64,000 nucleotides of DNA from the human T2T-CHM13v2.0 reference genome, Homo sapiens. The position numbers and the translations under genes were made by a program. How positions within the stretch are numbered: position 1 is the stretch's first letter; each line of letters begins with the position of its first letter. Below the pieces are notes generated by a model. The model made no database searches. It saw only the letters and a program-made list of their open reading frames with translations, and had not been told where the DNA came from. Positions 46,760 through 64,000 of the stretch are shown here, one piece after another. The DNA is taken from NCBI RefSeq assembly GCF_009914755.1, contig NC_060930.1; one strand, given 5' to 3'.

Positions 46760-47610
46760 GAGGATGTCACAAAGTTTGAGTTACTTGTTTTTCATTTCAT
46801 TTTAAAATAAGCATATCTGAGTATGATGAGTTCTAAGGATTCCTTTCAGGGCAAAAATTGAGGCTACCCCATTGCAGTTGTCCAGTCTTTCCACAGGATG
46901 GCAAAGTATAGCCAGTATTTCTTTGAAATGTTTGCTTGCTTATGCCACTAAATTTTGAACTTAGCCTTCTAGAAATGAGTTTATAACTTATCTTTCTTGA
47001 AGGTAATCTCAGAGTACCTATGAAAAGACATCTATAAAATACTTTTGCAAAAATACCTAATACATCAAATGTGTGCTCACCACATCTCATCAAAGCAAAG
47101 TGTAAAACGTTCTCAGGGACCTGTAGAGCTAAAATGTCACCTTCTATGTTCAAGATATATGTTGAATTCTATGTCCGATTTCTTCTCATTATTGGACTTA
47201 ATTCTGTAAAACATGAGGCTTGAACTTTTCATGAACTGATTGGTGCATCCTCTGCTTAATTGATTCTTCCCATTTGACTTGGAGGATGGTGTTGGCCAGA
47301 GGTCCTTTTTTGCGGAGGCCTTTAAAGATATTTATTCAGAAGAATGTACCACATGAGGCATTTGACTAATAAAAACACTGTTATTAACACTGACAATAAG
47401 CAAACACATATTTCTTTAGCTGTCTTGCAATTGGTACATTCTCCTCTTCCCATTGAGGAAGTATCTGCTCTACCCTTGCTTCAGATTAAACATTTTGAAA
47501 CTCTCAGTTTTAACATTATTGAGCCTTACTATTATTGAAATAATTCTTTTCCCAAAACACCAGACTACACTCAAACTCCAGAAGATGCCCCTAACCAAGA
47601 CTAATATTCT
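46760..47610 (-). mobile_element. Ty3/Gypsy-like pol fossil: RNase H C-terminus and integrase
   Basis: WLG(fs)HLLEFE(fs)VVWCFGKR (47550-47600) ~ RW..LQEFDF.VVYRPGK; LFIGTLRLPSRKISYKLI ~ DFIGPLP.S..GYKYIL; FALKGILRT(fs)II(fs)SD ~ F.RFGIPR.IISD. Confidence 0.6.
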
Positions 47611-47941
47611 GACATCAAAGGAAATCTGTGGATAAGATATTGGGAACTTCTGAAAAATTTTAGTAGGGCTATGCCTAGAGAATTTTCATGATCTTAACAA
47701 ATCTTGCTCATTCAGCAAGTCCTTAGAGAGCCTTCATGGGAACCTATGAAAAAGAAAGTCCTCAATGTATTACATGGAAAATAACGATAGCAACAACTAT
47801 AATAATAATAGTGGCTGCATTTAAAGGGCACTTGCTGTATTCCAGGCATTGGCTTAAGTACCTACATAAGTTATTTTGTTCAGTATTTATCACAACCATA
47901 TGAAAAAAATGTTCTTATCCACAATAAAGAAATGAAGTTTA

Positions 47942-48302
<361 letters not shown>

Positions 48303-48584
48303 GTAAGTCAAGAAGTCTACAAAGTATAGGTAACTTGCTCAAGAAAATTAGGTTCAGAAAGTTTAAGTAACTTGCCCAGGGTAACACAATTATGAAGATT
48401 TGAGGCCAGAATTCAGTTCCAGGCAGTTTTGTTCTAGATCTATTGCTCTTCAGCCACTATAGTGTCATGCCAAGACTGGCCTAAAGTCGTGTCTTCTGCT
48501 CAAACAGGTCCTTCTATGGCAATGACCATGAAATACATGGCTAATAAAGTATTAGGGGCAGGAAGAGGGGGAAGAAGAATGCAG

Positions 48585-48900
48585 TATTTGAGACTATGGT
48601 TACTGACTATATTTAAAATCACAGTTTCATGACTATTAAGGTTCTTTTTAAACTTTTCTCCCTGATGTATCATGGTATCCAGGTGAAAGAGGATCTGGCT
48701 CCCTACATCCCAGGACGTGTAGAACTGTCCATGGTTCTGAAAGACAAACTAGCAGGTCCCACCACCTTTACAAATGGCAATCTTACTGTGGAAAACTGCA
48801 CTAGTGAAAACTCTACATATGACTTTGTACATGCATCACTTACAAGGATTCAGCAATCCTTGGAAAGATGACATAGAAAGACCCACAGAATATTCCCTTT
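48585..48900 (-). mobile_element. Ty3/Gypsy-like RNase H fossil
   Basis: ILVSDAC (48829-48849) ~ FILHTDAS; VVGPASLSF ~ VIAYASRSL; EKFKKNLNSHE...NHSLKY ~ EKFRDYLYG....DH.PLKY. Confidence 0.7.
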
Positions 48901-50114
48901 ATATGCCCTATACTAAAATGTACAAAGCAAAATCAAATTAGACAACACTATGATTTAGAAGTTTATCTTGAAATTTTAGATCAGAATGTAAAGAAAAGAA
49001 ATCCAGCATTATTGTATGGACAAGAGAGAATGGATATAGATTTTAACTAACTATATATTCCCTCAAAACTCATATGCTGTCCTTTTTAACCTCACCTTAA
49101 TTTAAATTTAACCACACATTTACTTTCATTTTTGATTTTTATTTTGTATTTATGTTTTCTTTTATCTTGTATCTTCCAACCAGGATTTCGCCTTTTGCCT
49201 GAAGCATATTCTTTAGAACTCCCTTCAGTAAAAGCGTGTTTGTGTCAAATTGTCTTTGCTTGGAAAAAATCCATTGAGACTTGATTTTTATATTATCATG
49301 TATTTCATTTCTAAATGTTTTATATTTGTCTTTTCAATTTTTCCTGAACATTATTTGTAGTTTCTGATTAACTGGAAGTCTTTTAAAGCCTGTTTTTTAA
49401 TCACAGGAAGCAGGGCTATTTTATGTCTTATTCTTATTATTCTGCTGTATGGTGTTTCTGCTTGATCTTTCATGGTGACTTGTATCTTGTAAATAGTTTT
49501 GTTGTTGTTTTCCTGGTAAGTGCTCATTTTGCTTATGGAATAATTTTAGGAAATTTTAAGTGTGGTTGATGACATCTTCCTCCAGAGAGGATTTGTGTTT
49601 GTTTTGCGTGTTATTTGCGTTTGTTTTTTGACAGGTTCCTTGGAGCCTGGCCCACTATAAACTGAATTCACAACTTGATGATTGCCAGACAATCCAGGTA
49701 GTGAGAACTTGGGCTGCAAATACATGTGTGGGGCCATTGTGTTTACTCCCAGTTCCACTCAGCACCAAGGCAGCTGTTCCTGCAGTCCTTTGAGCATGGG
49801 GCATTTCTCTTACACCGAGGAACTGAACTTAGGGGTCCCAGCAAAATGGAGGAGATCATCCTAGGAGATTTCCCACTTTGAGTGCTACTTGAGACTTGCC
49901 TCCTATTCCAAATTCCTTATGAGGCCATGGAAACTAAAGCTTAACTTGTCTACATTGAGCAAATGAGCTCAGGATAAAAGTAAATTCAGAGCTTCCTGAT
50001 ATTTATTAGACAGTTTTCACTGATGTGAAAGCCTCTCAGTGCTTTTATGATGTATTTTATCTTTTGATAACCCATTTTTTGTTAGCATGAGAGTAGGCGT
50101 AGATACCTAATATG

Positions 50115-50808
50115 CCACATTAGTGGTTCACACCTTATCCTTAAAGCTCCTTATCACAAACCTTCCCATCTTGTTCCTTTGAAGTCATTGAATACCTGAG
50201 CAAACTATTAGTCACTACCCATGCATTGATGAGGATCTAACAATAAGATATTTCTTTAGGCAAAATGAACTTCCAGATGGTCTGATTGAAAATCTTCCTG
50301 CTGGAGGTACTTTCCTTTCCACTCTTCTTTATGACAATTCCTGAAAAGGGCTGTAATGCTGCAAAGTACACTTTTGGGTATTCAAAGCATATTCAAATTT
50401 CTTCTTCTATAGTCAACAGTCCTTAGGGAACTCCTCAAGACCCCAAGGATGAGACAAGGGAGAGTGGATTTACCGGTGGTAATAAGAATACTAGGAATAT
50501 AGTACATATTATGAGGCAACTTAGCTGGCCTTGCTAAGGACCAGCTCAGGTCTGATACTGTATGTATATACAGTATATATATCCACTTCCTCCTGAATGC
50601 TCACTGAGTGCTGGTGACCATAAGTGAATAAATAAAATCCAGGTCATGGTGGACATCTCAAGTCACTTGGTCATTTGCTGTATCATGATCATGGCATTCA
50701 GAATCTACCAGGGCTCAGTAGCAAGCCAGGAACTGTTATTTAGTAGAAGAATAAAGAATAAAGCTTTTCTTCGAAGCCCTGGAACTTGAGCAGTGAGCTC
50801 CTATGCCT

Positions 50809-50812
<4 letters not shown>
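50115..50812 (-). mobile_element. ERVL-class internal pol fragment (tether and RNase H)
   Basis: QFLACY*ALVDSE ~ QLLACYWALVETE; S*GVP ~ SWGVPYDQL; AALQPFSG; NAWVVTNSL...EQDGKVCDKEL*G*G ~ DSWAVANGL...HDWKIGDKEIWGRG. Confidence 0.85.
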
Positions 50813-50848
<36 letters not shown>

Positions 50849-50858
50849 CACACACACA

Positions 50859-50894
<36 letters not shown>
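50813..50894. repeat. (CA)n/(CG) compound microsatellite
   Basis: ~80 bp of alternating purine-pyrimidine. Confidence 0.97.
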
Positions 50895-50897
<3 letters not shown>

Positions 50898-51560
50898 CCA
50901 AGGAAGCATTTAGGCCAAATGGCAGATATGTTTGATGCCTGCCTGGATCAGAATGACATTTCCATTTCTTATGGAATGTTTTGAACTTGTACTAACTTAC
51001 CGGATTTTGGTGCAGAGAAATCCCCTCACAAGATAAGAAATCACATTTTTTCTTTGTTGAAATTATTTATCTTCATTAACGTTTAATAACACCGGTGCAG
51101 TTATTTTTCAAAGAGCTTGTACTCCAATCTTGGAGGAATTCCTTGAGTTGAAAAGCCCAGGGCCTGAATAATGAGGGAGTCTCATTTCCAACAGCTTCCA
51201 ATCAGCTGTAGGATTGAATGAAGACACATGTGATTGCATGATTTTAAGAGAGGGTAGGGGAGAGGGGCAGTGCTTGTTTCACACTTAACTGAACTACTTC
51301 CTTGGCCTCCACTCAAATTTAACTGCAGCATTGGTGACTTGATTTACAGAGTCAGAAATTTCCTAGGTATGGAATGTGCTGTCTTAAATAGTAATGAGTC
51401 CAATCTATGTAGAGTGTCCTTCTTTATCATTGGGGGTCATATGAAGTCAGCGATTCTTTTAGAAATTTGGGGTTACAAACAGAAGGCCTCAACTTACTTC
51501 AATTTGAAAAACCTGAACAAGGAATCTCTGGTGTCTGGATCCTTATTTGTCTCACAAAAT
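50895..51560 (-). mobile_element. Ty3/Gypsy-like reverse transcriptase fossil (core to thumb)
   Basis: PDTRDSL..FFKL, MTPNDKE (51420-51440), VTNAAVKFEW (51309-51338), RLEYKLFEK, LSCEGIS, KCFLG (50897-50911); colinear with Gypsy RT motifs. Confidence 0.7.
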
Positions 51561-52302
51561 TGAATTGTGAGCTGTGACATTTTCTCCCAAAAGTCTCTTT
51601 TAGGACAGAACTTCTGGTAATGGCAACATGAACAGGTAGATCAGCAAGTCTTCCTCTAAATAGCAATATGAGAACTGGACAAAATCATAAAAATAAATAT
51701 TTGAAGTCACTGGAAAACAAACAAAGGCGAGCAGAAATGTAATAGTGCTTTGATCTTGAGACTATCTATTGGGTAAAAGCTGCAAGTTGGTGGCCTTTCC
51801 TCCTTACCTATGAGTTTGCTCCAAACTCCCAGCAGGTAACTGCAGCCCTAATGGATCAATAGGGCAGTTTATAGAGTTAAAAGCCCAAATAAGCTAAAAA
51901 TGTTTACATTTTTACATGTTTACATCAGTCAGGCAATTTTGAAAGAGATCTGCTGAAGAATTCAGATTCAAAATCTGAATACAAACTATGCTCACATCCC
52001 TGGTTGAACACTAAACTCCCCATGGGTGTGGGACACTCAGGGGAACCTGGGGAAAAATCAGAAAGAACCTAGAGTGAGGTCTACCCTTGAAAGAGTGAAA
52101 TAATCCTGGCAATATCTGAAAGTCTGCAGTAACATAGACTGCTTGCATTTGTCAACCTGCATACAACACAGGCAGAAGAAAGCAAAAATCTTACTGGACT
52201 GAGGGGTGAAAAGGCAGGATGCAGGACAATTTAGAGGGGATTCCAGAAGCAAAACAAACACAGAGAAGCTGAATTGCAAAATCTTAGCAGAAATAGCCCC
52301 AG

Positions 52303-53030
52303 TACTTGTTAGTCCATGTTGTGTTGCTATAAATACCTGAGAGTGGGTAATTTATAAAGAAAAGAGGTTTATTTGGCTCATGGCTATATAGGTTGTACAA
52401 ACATGGCACCAGCATCTCTTCAGCTTCTGGTGAGACCTCAGGAGCCTTTTACTCCTGGTGGAAGGGGAAGGGGGACCAGGCATGTCACATGGCAAAAGAG
52501 GAACAGGGTGGGAGGAGCCAGATTCTTCTAAACAACCAACTCTCTTTCAAAATAATAGAGCAGGGGCCGGATGTGGTGGCTCATGCCTGTAATCCCAGCA
52601 CTTTGGGAGGCCGAGGCGGGTGGATCACGAGGTCAGGAGTTCGAGACCAGCCTGGCCAATATGGTGAAACCCCATCCTTACTAAAAATACAAAAATTAGC
52701 TTGGCATGGTGGCATGTGCCTGTAGTCCCAGCTACTCAGGAGGCTGAGGCAGAAGAATCACTTGAACCCAGGAGGTGGAGGTTGCAGTGAGCCAAGATCG
52801 CACCACTGCTCTCCAGGCTGGGCAACAGAGCGAGACTCTGTCTCAAAATAATAATAATAATAATAATAATAATAAAGCGAAGAGAACTTACTTATGACTG
52901 TGGGGAGGGCACCAAGCCATTCATGAGGGATCTACCCCCATGACCCAAACAGCTTCCACTAGGCCCCACCTGCAGCATTGGGGATTACATTTCAACATGA
53001 GGTTTGGCAGGGACAAATATTACAAAGATG
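52303..53030 (-). mobile_element. MST-type MaLR LTR with a nested + strand Alu (52565-52876, (TAA)n tail)
   Basis: tacctgaga.tgggtaatttataaagaaaagaggttta...ggattacatttcaacatgag. Confidence 0.85.
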
Positions 53031-53989
53031 CAGAGTAGACACCCAGAGCCCCCTGCTGAAAATGCAGCAACTGGATATCGGTAAACAGAGCAGAGACATC
53101 AGCTGTAGCCAACTGCAGGGGTAACAGATTTCACAGTTACCAGTGCAGGGAAAGTTAACCACGTTCACTGAGGGGCAGGGGTGGTGGTGGTGGGAGAATT
53201 GCCATCTTTAGAGAGATTGTTGTAGATTCCAGACTCTCTAAAACAAAACATATAATGTCCACTTTATCAAATAGGATCAGACATAGAAAGAAAAGAAAGA
53301 AATGTGTGACTATAATAAGGAGGAAATTAAAAATAAATGGGTTTCAATGGGTCCAGATATTGAAATTATCAGCAAACTCTTTAAGACAGTTTTGAAAAAT
53401 ATGTGGAAAGAAATGAAGGAAATATCATTTCTAAAGAGTGAATAGAAGTAATTGCAGCAGAGAAATGAAAACTATAGATGGTACTAAGTGGAAATTCTCA
53501 AACTGGATAGAAAAATAATGACAGTGCTCTGGATGAGGTCAACAGAAGTTTTGAGATGGCAGAATAAAGAATCAGTCAGTGTCCTTGAATATAAATCAAC
53601 AGAAATTGTCTAATCTAAAAATAAAAAAGAGTGAAATAAGATTAAAGAAAAGTGAAGAAAACTTCACAAACCCTCAGAAAATATAAAGCAGGTAAACAGG
53701 TGACCAATTGGAGTCCCAAAAGAAGATAGACACAGGATCAGAAAAAAAATTCAAAAAAATCTATGGCTGAAAGATTCCCAAATTTGATGAAGAATTTTAG
53801 CTTATAGATGTAAGACACTCATCAAAGCTGAATACCCACATAGAAAATCATGGGTAGAGTGGCCATGGCCTTGGCTGGCCTGAGGGTGTGTCGCTAGCCC
53901 TGCTGCATGTGGTGTGGTGCAGGGTGCCAGTGCCTGGTGGGACCAGAGAGCTCCCAGCACAGCCTTTGGGCAGGTGGGACCGCCGATCA

Positions 53990-54393
53990 TTTTAAAATAA
54001 TTTTTTATTGATTTAACTTATATTTTGAGTTCAGGCATACATGTGCAGGTTTATTATATAGGTAAACTTGTATCATGGGGTTTGCTGTACAGATTATTTT
54101 GTTACCTAGGCATTAAGCCTAGTACCTATTAGTTACTTTTCCTGATCCTCTCCCTCCTCCCAGCCTCCACTCTCTGGTAGGCCCCAGTGTGTGCAGTTCC
54201 CTTCTATATGTCCATGTGTTCTCATCATTTAGCTCCCACTTATAAGTGAGAACATGTGGTATTCGGTTTTCTTTTCCCGCATTAATTTGCTAAGGATAAT
54301 GGCCTCCAGCTCCATCCATGTTCCGCAAAGGACAAGAACTCATTCTTTTTTATGGCCACATAGTATTCCATGATGTATATGCACTACATTTTC
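53990..54393 (-). mobile_element. L1PA-type 3' end, antisense
   Basis: catgtgcaggtt...ctcccacttataagtgagaacatg...ccagctccatccatg. Confidence 0.88.
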
Positions 54394-58930
<4,537 letters not shown>

Positions 58931-60404
58931 CAACAAAGAAAATAAATAAATCATACAAAAAATATTTAAGATCTCTGAAATCCAAGACACTAGAAATCAA
59001 GAGACACTGTGGAAAGAGTACATAGAAGACCTAAATAAATAGATCCCCTGTTCATGGGGAGCAAGATTTAACATTGTTAAAATGCAACACTCCCCAAATT
59101 AACCCAGAGATTTAAAAAAAAACTAACAAAATTCTAGGAGGCTTTTTGATAGAAATTTATGAGCTGATTTACAAATTTATATGAAAACATAAAAGGTCTA
59201 GAATAACTCATGCAATTTATTTTTTAAAAATTTTAGAGAAAGAGTCTTTCTATATTACCCCATGTTGGCTTCTAACTTCTGGGCTCAAGGGATCCATCCA
59301 CCTCAGCCCCCAGGTAGCTGAGACTACAGTCATGCACTACCATGTGCAGCTAATTTTTCATTTTTTTTCAGGACAAGTTTTGCTATGTTGTCCGGGTTAG
59401 TCTTGAACTCCTGGGCTCAAGGTGTCCTCCCATCTCAGTCTCTTGAGTAGCTGAGACTACAGGCATGTTATCATAGTCAGTACAATTTAAGTAATTTCTA
59501 AAAAGATGAACAAAGTTATAGGAGTTATTTTGACTAAAAAAGCTGAGATAATTTATTATGTTAATAAATATTCTTGTACAATTACACCTATTAATTACTT
59601 TTAAAATTTCTGCTTCACATCTCTGCAACCTTGGGCTTAGTGGATTTCCCAGGAAAGAAATGCTTCCACCAAATAAGAACCTCAGCTGGCCATTTTATAT
59701 TTCCATAAAATATAGTGGTATGAGGGTTCTAATTTCTGCTTATCTTTCCTAACATTTATTTTCATTTTAAAAAAATTATTATTATAGCCATATTATTGTG
59801 GTTTAATTTGCATTTCTTTAATGGCTAATGATGTTGAGTATCTTTTCCTGTGTATATTGGCGGTTTATGTATCTTCTTTGAAGAAATGACTTTTCAATTT
59901 CTTTGCCCATTTTGTAATGGGATTATTTGTCATTTTGTTATTGATGTTTAAAGGGTTCTTTGTGTATCCAAACACTTGACCCATATGAGATATGTAATAG
60001 GCAAATATTTTCTGCCATTGTATGGATTGCCTTTTCACTGTATTGATAGTGTTCTCTGATGCATAAAAGTTTTGGTTTGATGAAGTTCAATTTATCTATT
60101 CGACTCTATAACCATACCCAGGGCAGGATCAGGAAAACAAGGACAGGAGACGTGCAGGGGCTGGACCACCTTCCCTCTTGGGTGACTGGAGGTCTGTCCT
60201 CAGCAGTCTTTCCCTTCTGACCTATGACTTCTGGGAATCGGGTCCCCATCTCTAGAATCATCAAGGTGATGACTGGTCCTTTATTTTCACAAGTGCTTTA
60301 CGTTACAGAAATTTCAGCAAGCAGGGACTATGACTGGGTAAGCATGAGTGTTTGTGTTTTGTGTGTGTGTGTCTGTGTGTGTGGTGGGGGGCGGGGTATG
60401 TGGG

Positions 60405-61070
60405 GTACATTTTATTATCAATGCAGAATGGAACATGACAATGCAGATCCCAGTCCTTACATACCAGAGCTCTTCTTCCGCTTCATCGCAAGTGTAGCCA
60501 CCACAGCTCAAGTAACCACATCTCCAATGAAATTTGATAGTGCATACCAGAGTATCTTAGTTTTTAATCTCCCTAAAAGTATACCATGTCACTCATAGAT
60601 TGAATATATCAAAGTTGTCTTCATATGGAAGCCATGAATTTGTCTATATGGGTCTCAGACATATCATTGAAATATAGCATGCCCAAGAAAGTTTAATTAA
60701 TGTGTATTTGAACAACTACAGTGTATAGACATCAACCAAAATATGAATTATCAGTTCATAGTATCAAGTCTTCATAAATGCACATCACTGTTGCCAATCC
60801 ATGTCTATATTTCACTGGAAATCTGGCATAATATTTTCTTTACTTTGGTGAATGTAAGAAGGCAAATAAGTCTTGAGTACTCATCCTAAGTTGTATTTAT
60901 TGGATACCACATATATTAAGTACCCTACAGACCCAGTAGACACATTTCAAAAATTATAAAATAATTAAACCTTACAATCCCATCGCATTAGTAATCTTTA
61001 CTTTTCCACAACTTGAAACAATTCTATGTCCTTCAACTCTCGGACCCCTTTCCTCATCGTCTCTTCCTAG
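60405..61070 (-). mobile_element. Probable 5' continuation of the Gypsy fossil (Gag zinc-knuckle remnant to RT N-terminus)
   Basis: CFK(fs)CGKV at 61002-61020; RKKSSG(fs)VRTGICI and FCID at ~60417-60485 ~ RKKDG.LRFCID. Confidence 0.5.
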
Positions 61071-61284
61071 GTCAAATATGTATGAAGTTTTCACAACTCT
61101 GGAGTGCAGATGTTCTAAGCATGACCAAAATGTGAAAAGTGATGAAGAATGATGATAATCATTTTGACTACTTACAAATTAAAAAAAATCTCTTTGGCAT
61201 CCACAAACACAGAAATGTACAAACACTTTCCCATAATCAACCTCAAAGACATGTAAACAGTTGATGGACAAAATAGTAACAATG

Positions 61285-62300
61285 TGTTAATACCCTTCAG
61301 CCCAAGGCCACCTGGAGCACATCTGTGGGTGAAGAAGTTGGGTTTATTACTCACTGCAGTGGGAGGGAGAATGCACACCTTGGATAACTACCGAGTATCT
61401 TGGTAAGTGCCTTTTAGATAGAGCCTATTATAATATTTGGGCTTCAGCTGGTATTTCAAGTTTCCCTGGGATTTAATTAATTAGTAGTTATGACTGAATG
61501 ATGACACAGAGAGGTCTATGCCACTGAAAAAAGAGTTTATTACCCACTGACATAGGAAGCACAGCACAACAGGCAGCACCAAGGCTGGTCAAGTGGCAAC
61601 GGGAGGGGAAAGCATGGGCGAGAGCCTCTAATGTGGTTTTTAGGGGAATGAATGAGCAAGGCAGGGTAAGCAGTGTAGACATGTTCAGTATTGATGAGTC
61701 TGAATAATCTTGGTGACTCTGAGGCATAGGGATTGTCTCTAGTTGTCTGATACCTGTCTCTCAGATTATTAAGACAGGAGAATATTGACTGGGAGTATCG
61801 GGGCCATGTGACAGCCAGAAAAAAAGAACTCATTCTGAGTTTGGGCTCTGGTTTGGTTAGTTTGCATAAGAAAGGCGCATTTGCGGTCAATCCCTTTAGT
61901 ATCTGTAGGAATAGACTAGTCTTGGGAGGGGAGTCCTCACAATCAGTGAGGACTCAGATGCCAGAGCATGAGAATAAGGAAAAAAAGAAAATACAGATAA
62001 CACAGTTGAGAAATTCTATTTTATTTTATTGCTCTAGATTTAGTACTGTCAGTAAGCAGAGGCAATTCTACAATTCGGTATTTCAATAAATCTTACCTTT
62101 AGGGAGGGTGGACTAGAGTGCAGATAAAGCTTAATCCGTAGAGAAGCATCAGCCACTCATACTAGCCGGGAGAGGGTTTAGACAAAATTATGAAGTACTT
62201 TTGTTTCGCCTCACTTTCTCATGGGCTGAGAGTGATCCAGTGTGGTGTTGGTATTTTGTGATATAATTTATGTCCCAGAGGGACTAATATGGCCCAGTAG
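61285..62300. mobile_element. Nested old LTR fragments (MER21/MER74-like)
   Basis: gaagttgggtttattactc and aaagagtttattacccactgacataggaagcacagc resemble antisense LTR 3' ends. Confidence 0.5.
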
Positions 62301-62652
62301 TGAAGACCAGACCAGCTCCTGGCAACACTGATGCCCAGCTGTGCCAGACAAGTTCCCAGATATTAGGGGCTGCTTTTTCTTGATTAAATTCAATATTTAA
62401 AAATATCAGCATTACGTTTGAGAAATGATTAAGAAATGTCATATAGTTATATTAGTAATAAATATGTGCAAAAAATAAGAATGTAGACTACAAAATGGGA
62501 ACCAGAATTAAAATCCATCAGCTTGGCAAAGACAGAAGTAAATGATGGTAGTATTGATCAGAGTACAGGGAAAATGTACTGTTACGAAGACTGATGGCAT
62601 TGAAAAGTGGTACAAAACTTCTAAAGGGCACTTTTGCAAAATGTCTCAATAA

Positions 62653-62955
<303 letters not shown>

Positions 62956-63046
62956 TAAGTGTTCTGACATTTTGACATGAAAATTTCTCTTTTAGGAATT
63001 TATCCCAAGGAAATAATTACATATCTTTCTAAAAACGCATATATAG

Positions 63047-63463
<417 letters not shown>

Positions 63464-64000
63464 TCAGAAAATAATGCCATGGCTTTACATAGAGAGTCAG
63501 ATTTAATCCTCAATGCAAACCCATGGGGAACTCAATATGTGATCCTTTGTACAGACAGGGAAGGAGAGAGGTAAAGAAGGTGGTGGGGCTAGGGTTGAAC
63601 CCTGGAGATTTTCTCTCAGAGGCCTTGTTGACTTGTCTTCCATTGATTCTCTCTTCATCTGCACCTTACACAAGTGAACTGTTTTGATGTCCCAGAATGT
63701 TCTATGGACAGGAGGCCACTGGCTCAGAGCTCAGGAAGACAAGAAGGGCAATGACTTAACTGCCAAATTCACGCAGAAGTCCGTTCATCCAGGGTGTATT
63801 TCCAGTGATCAGGAGATCTGCTAAGCACTTGAGGATATAATGAAGAGCAAGAGTAAAATCTTGGAGATGGGGAGTTTTCAATATTGTAAGGAAGATAAAT
63901 ATTTAGCAAAAATTGCCCCAAGATTGTGAAATTGCTAATGAGCGTAAGGGAAAAGTTTGTGATATCATGAAAGCAGGTTACAAGGAGACCTAATGGGTCC

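Noticed and set aside
48629-48871. Plus-strand 80-aa ORF with an acceptor-like ccag|
   Set aside because: Antisense shadow of the Gypsy RNase H remnant on the minus strand
63540-64000. Protein-looking stretch at the window end (EDKYLAKIAQDCEIANERKGK...)
   Set aside because: Short, cut by the window edge, and no family recognised

Overview
Human (primate) genomic DNA that I recognise as the MHC class I region of 6p22/6p21.3. The + strand carries the 3' two-thirds of TRIM39 (coiled-coil exons, a 90-nt cassette exon and the PRY/SPRY last exon), the complete 5-exon RPP21 gene (154 aa RNase P subunit, CpG/ZNF143 promoter) and a truncated class I alpha-3 exon fragment (HLA-N). The remaining ~42 kb has no intact gene and is rich in Alu, L1, MaLR/ERVL LTR, Tigger1 and hAT elements. 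Manual translation of the minus strand shows two structures the ORF track misses. (1) The ubiquilin pseudogene locus (UBQLN1P1 region) is a head-to-tail tandem array: two clear UBQLN1-like retrocopies that share derived substitutions and upstream flanks, plus a probable third UBL-only fragment; one copy keeps the exon-8-skipped splice junction. (2) A heavily decayed Ty3/Gypsy fossil in gag-RT-RNaseH-integrase order is spread over ~14 kb (46.8-61.1 kb) and split by younger insertions, including an ERVL pol fragment. There is also an orphan CpG-rich promoter-like element at ~28.0-28.5 kb. All family assignments come from reading the sequence and from recalled consensus motifs; no database search was run, and repeat boundaries are approximate.
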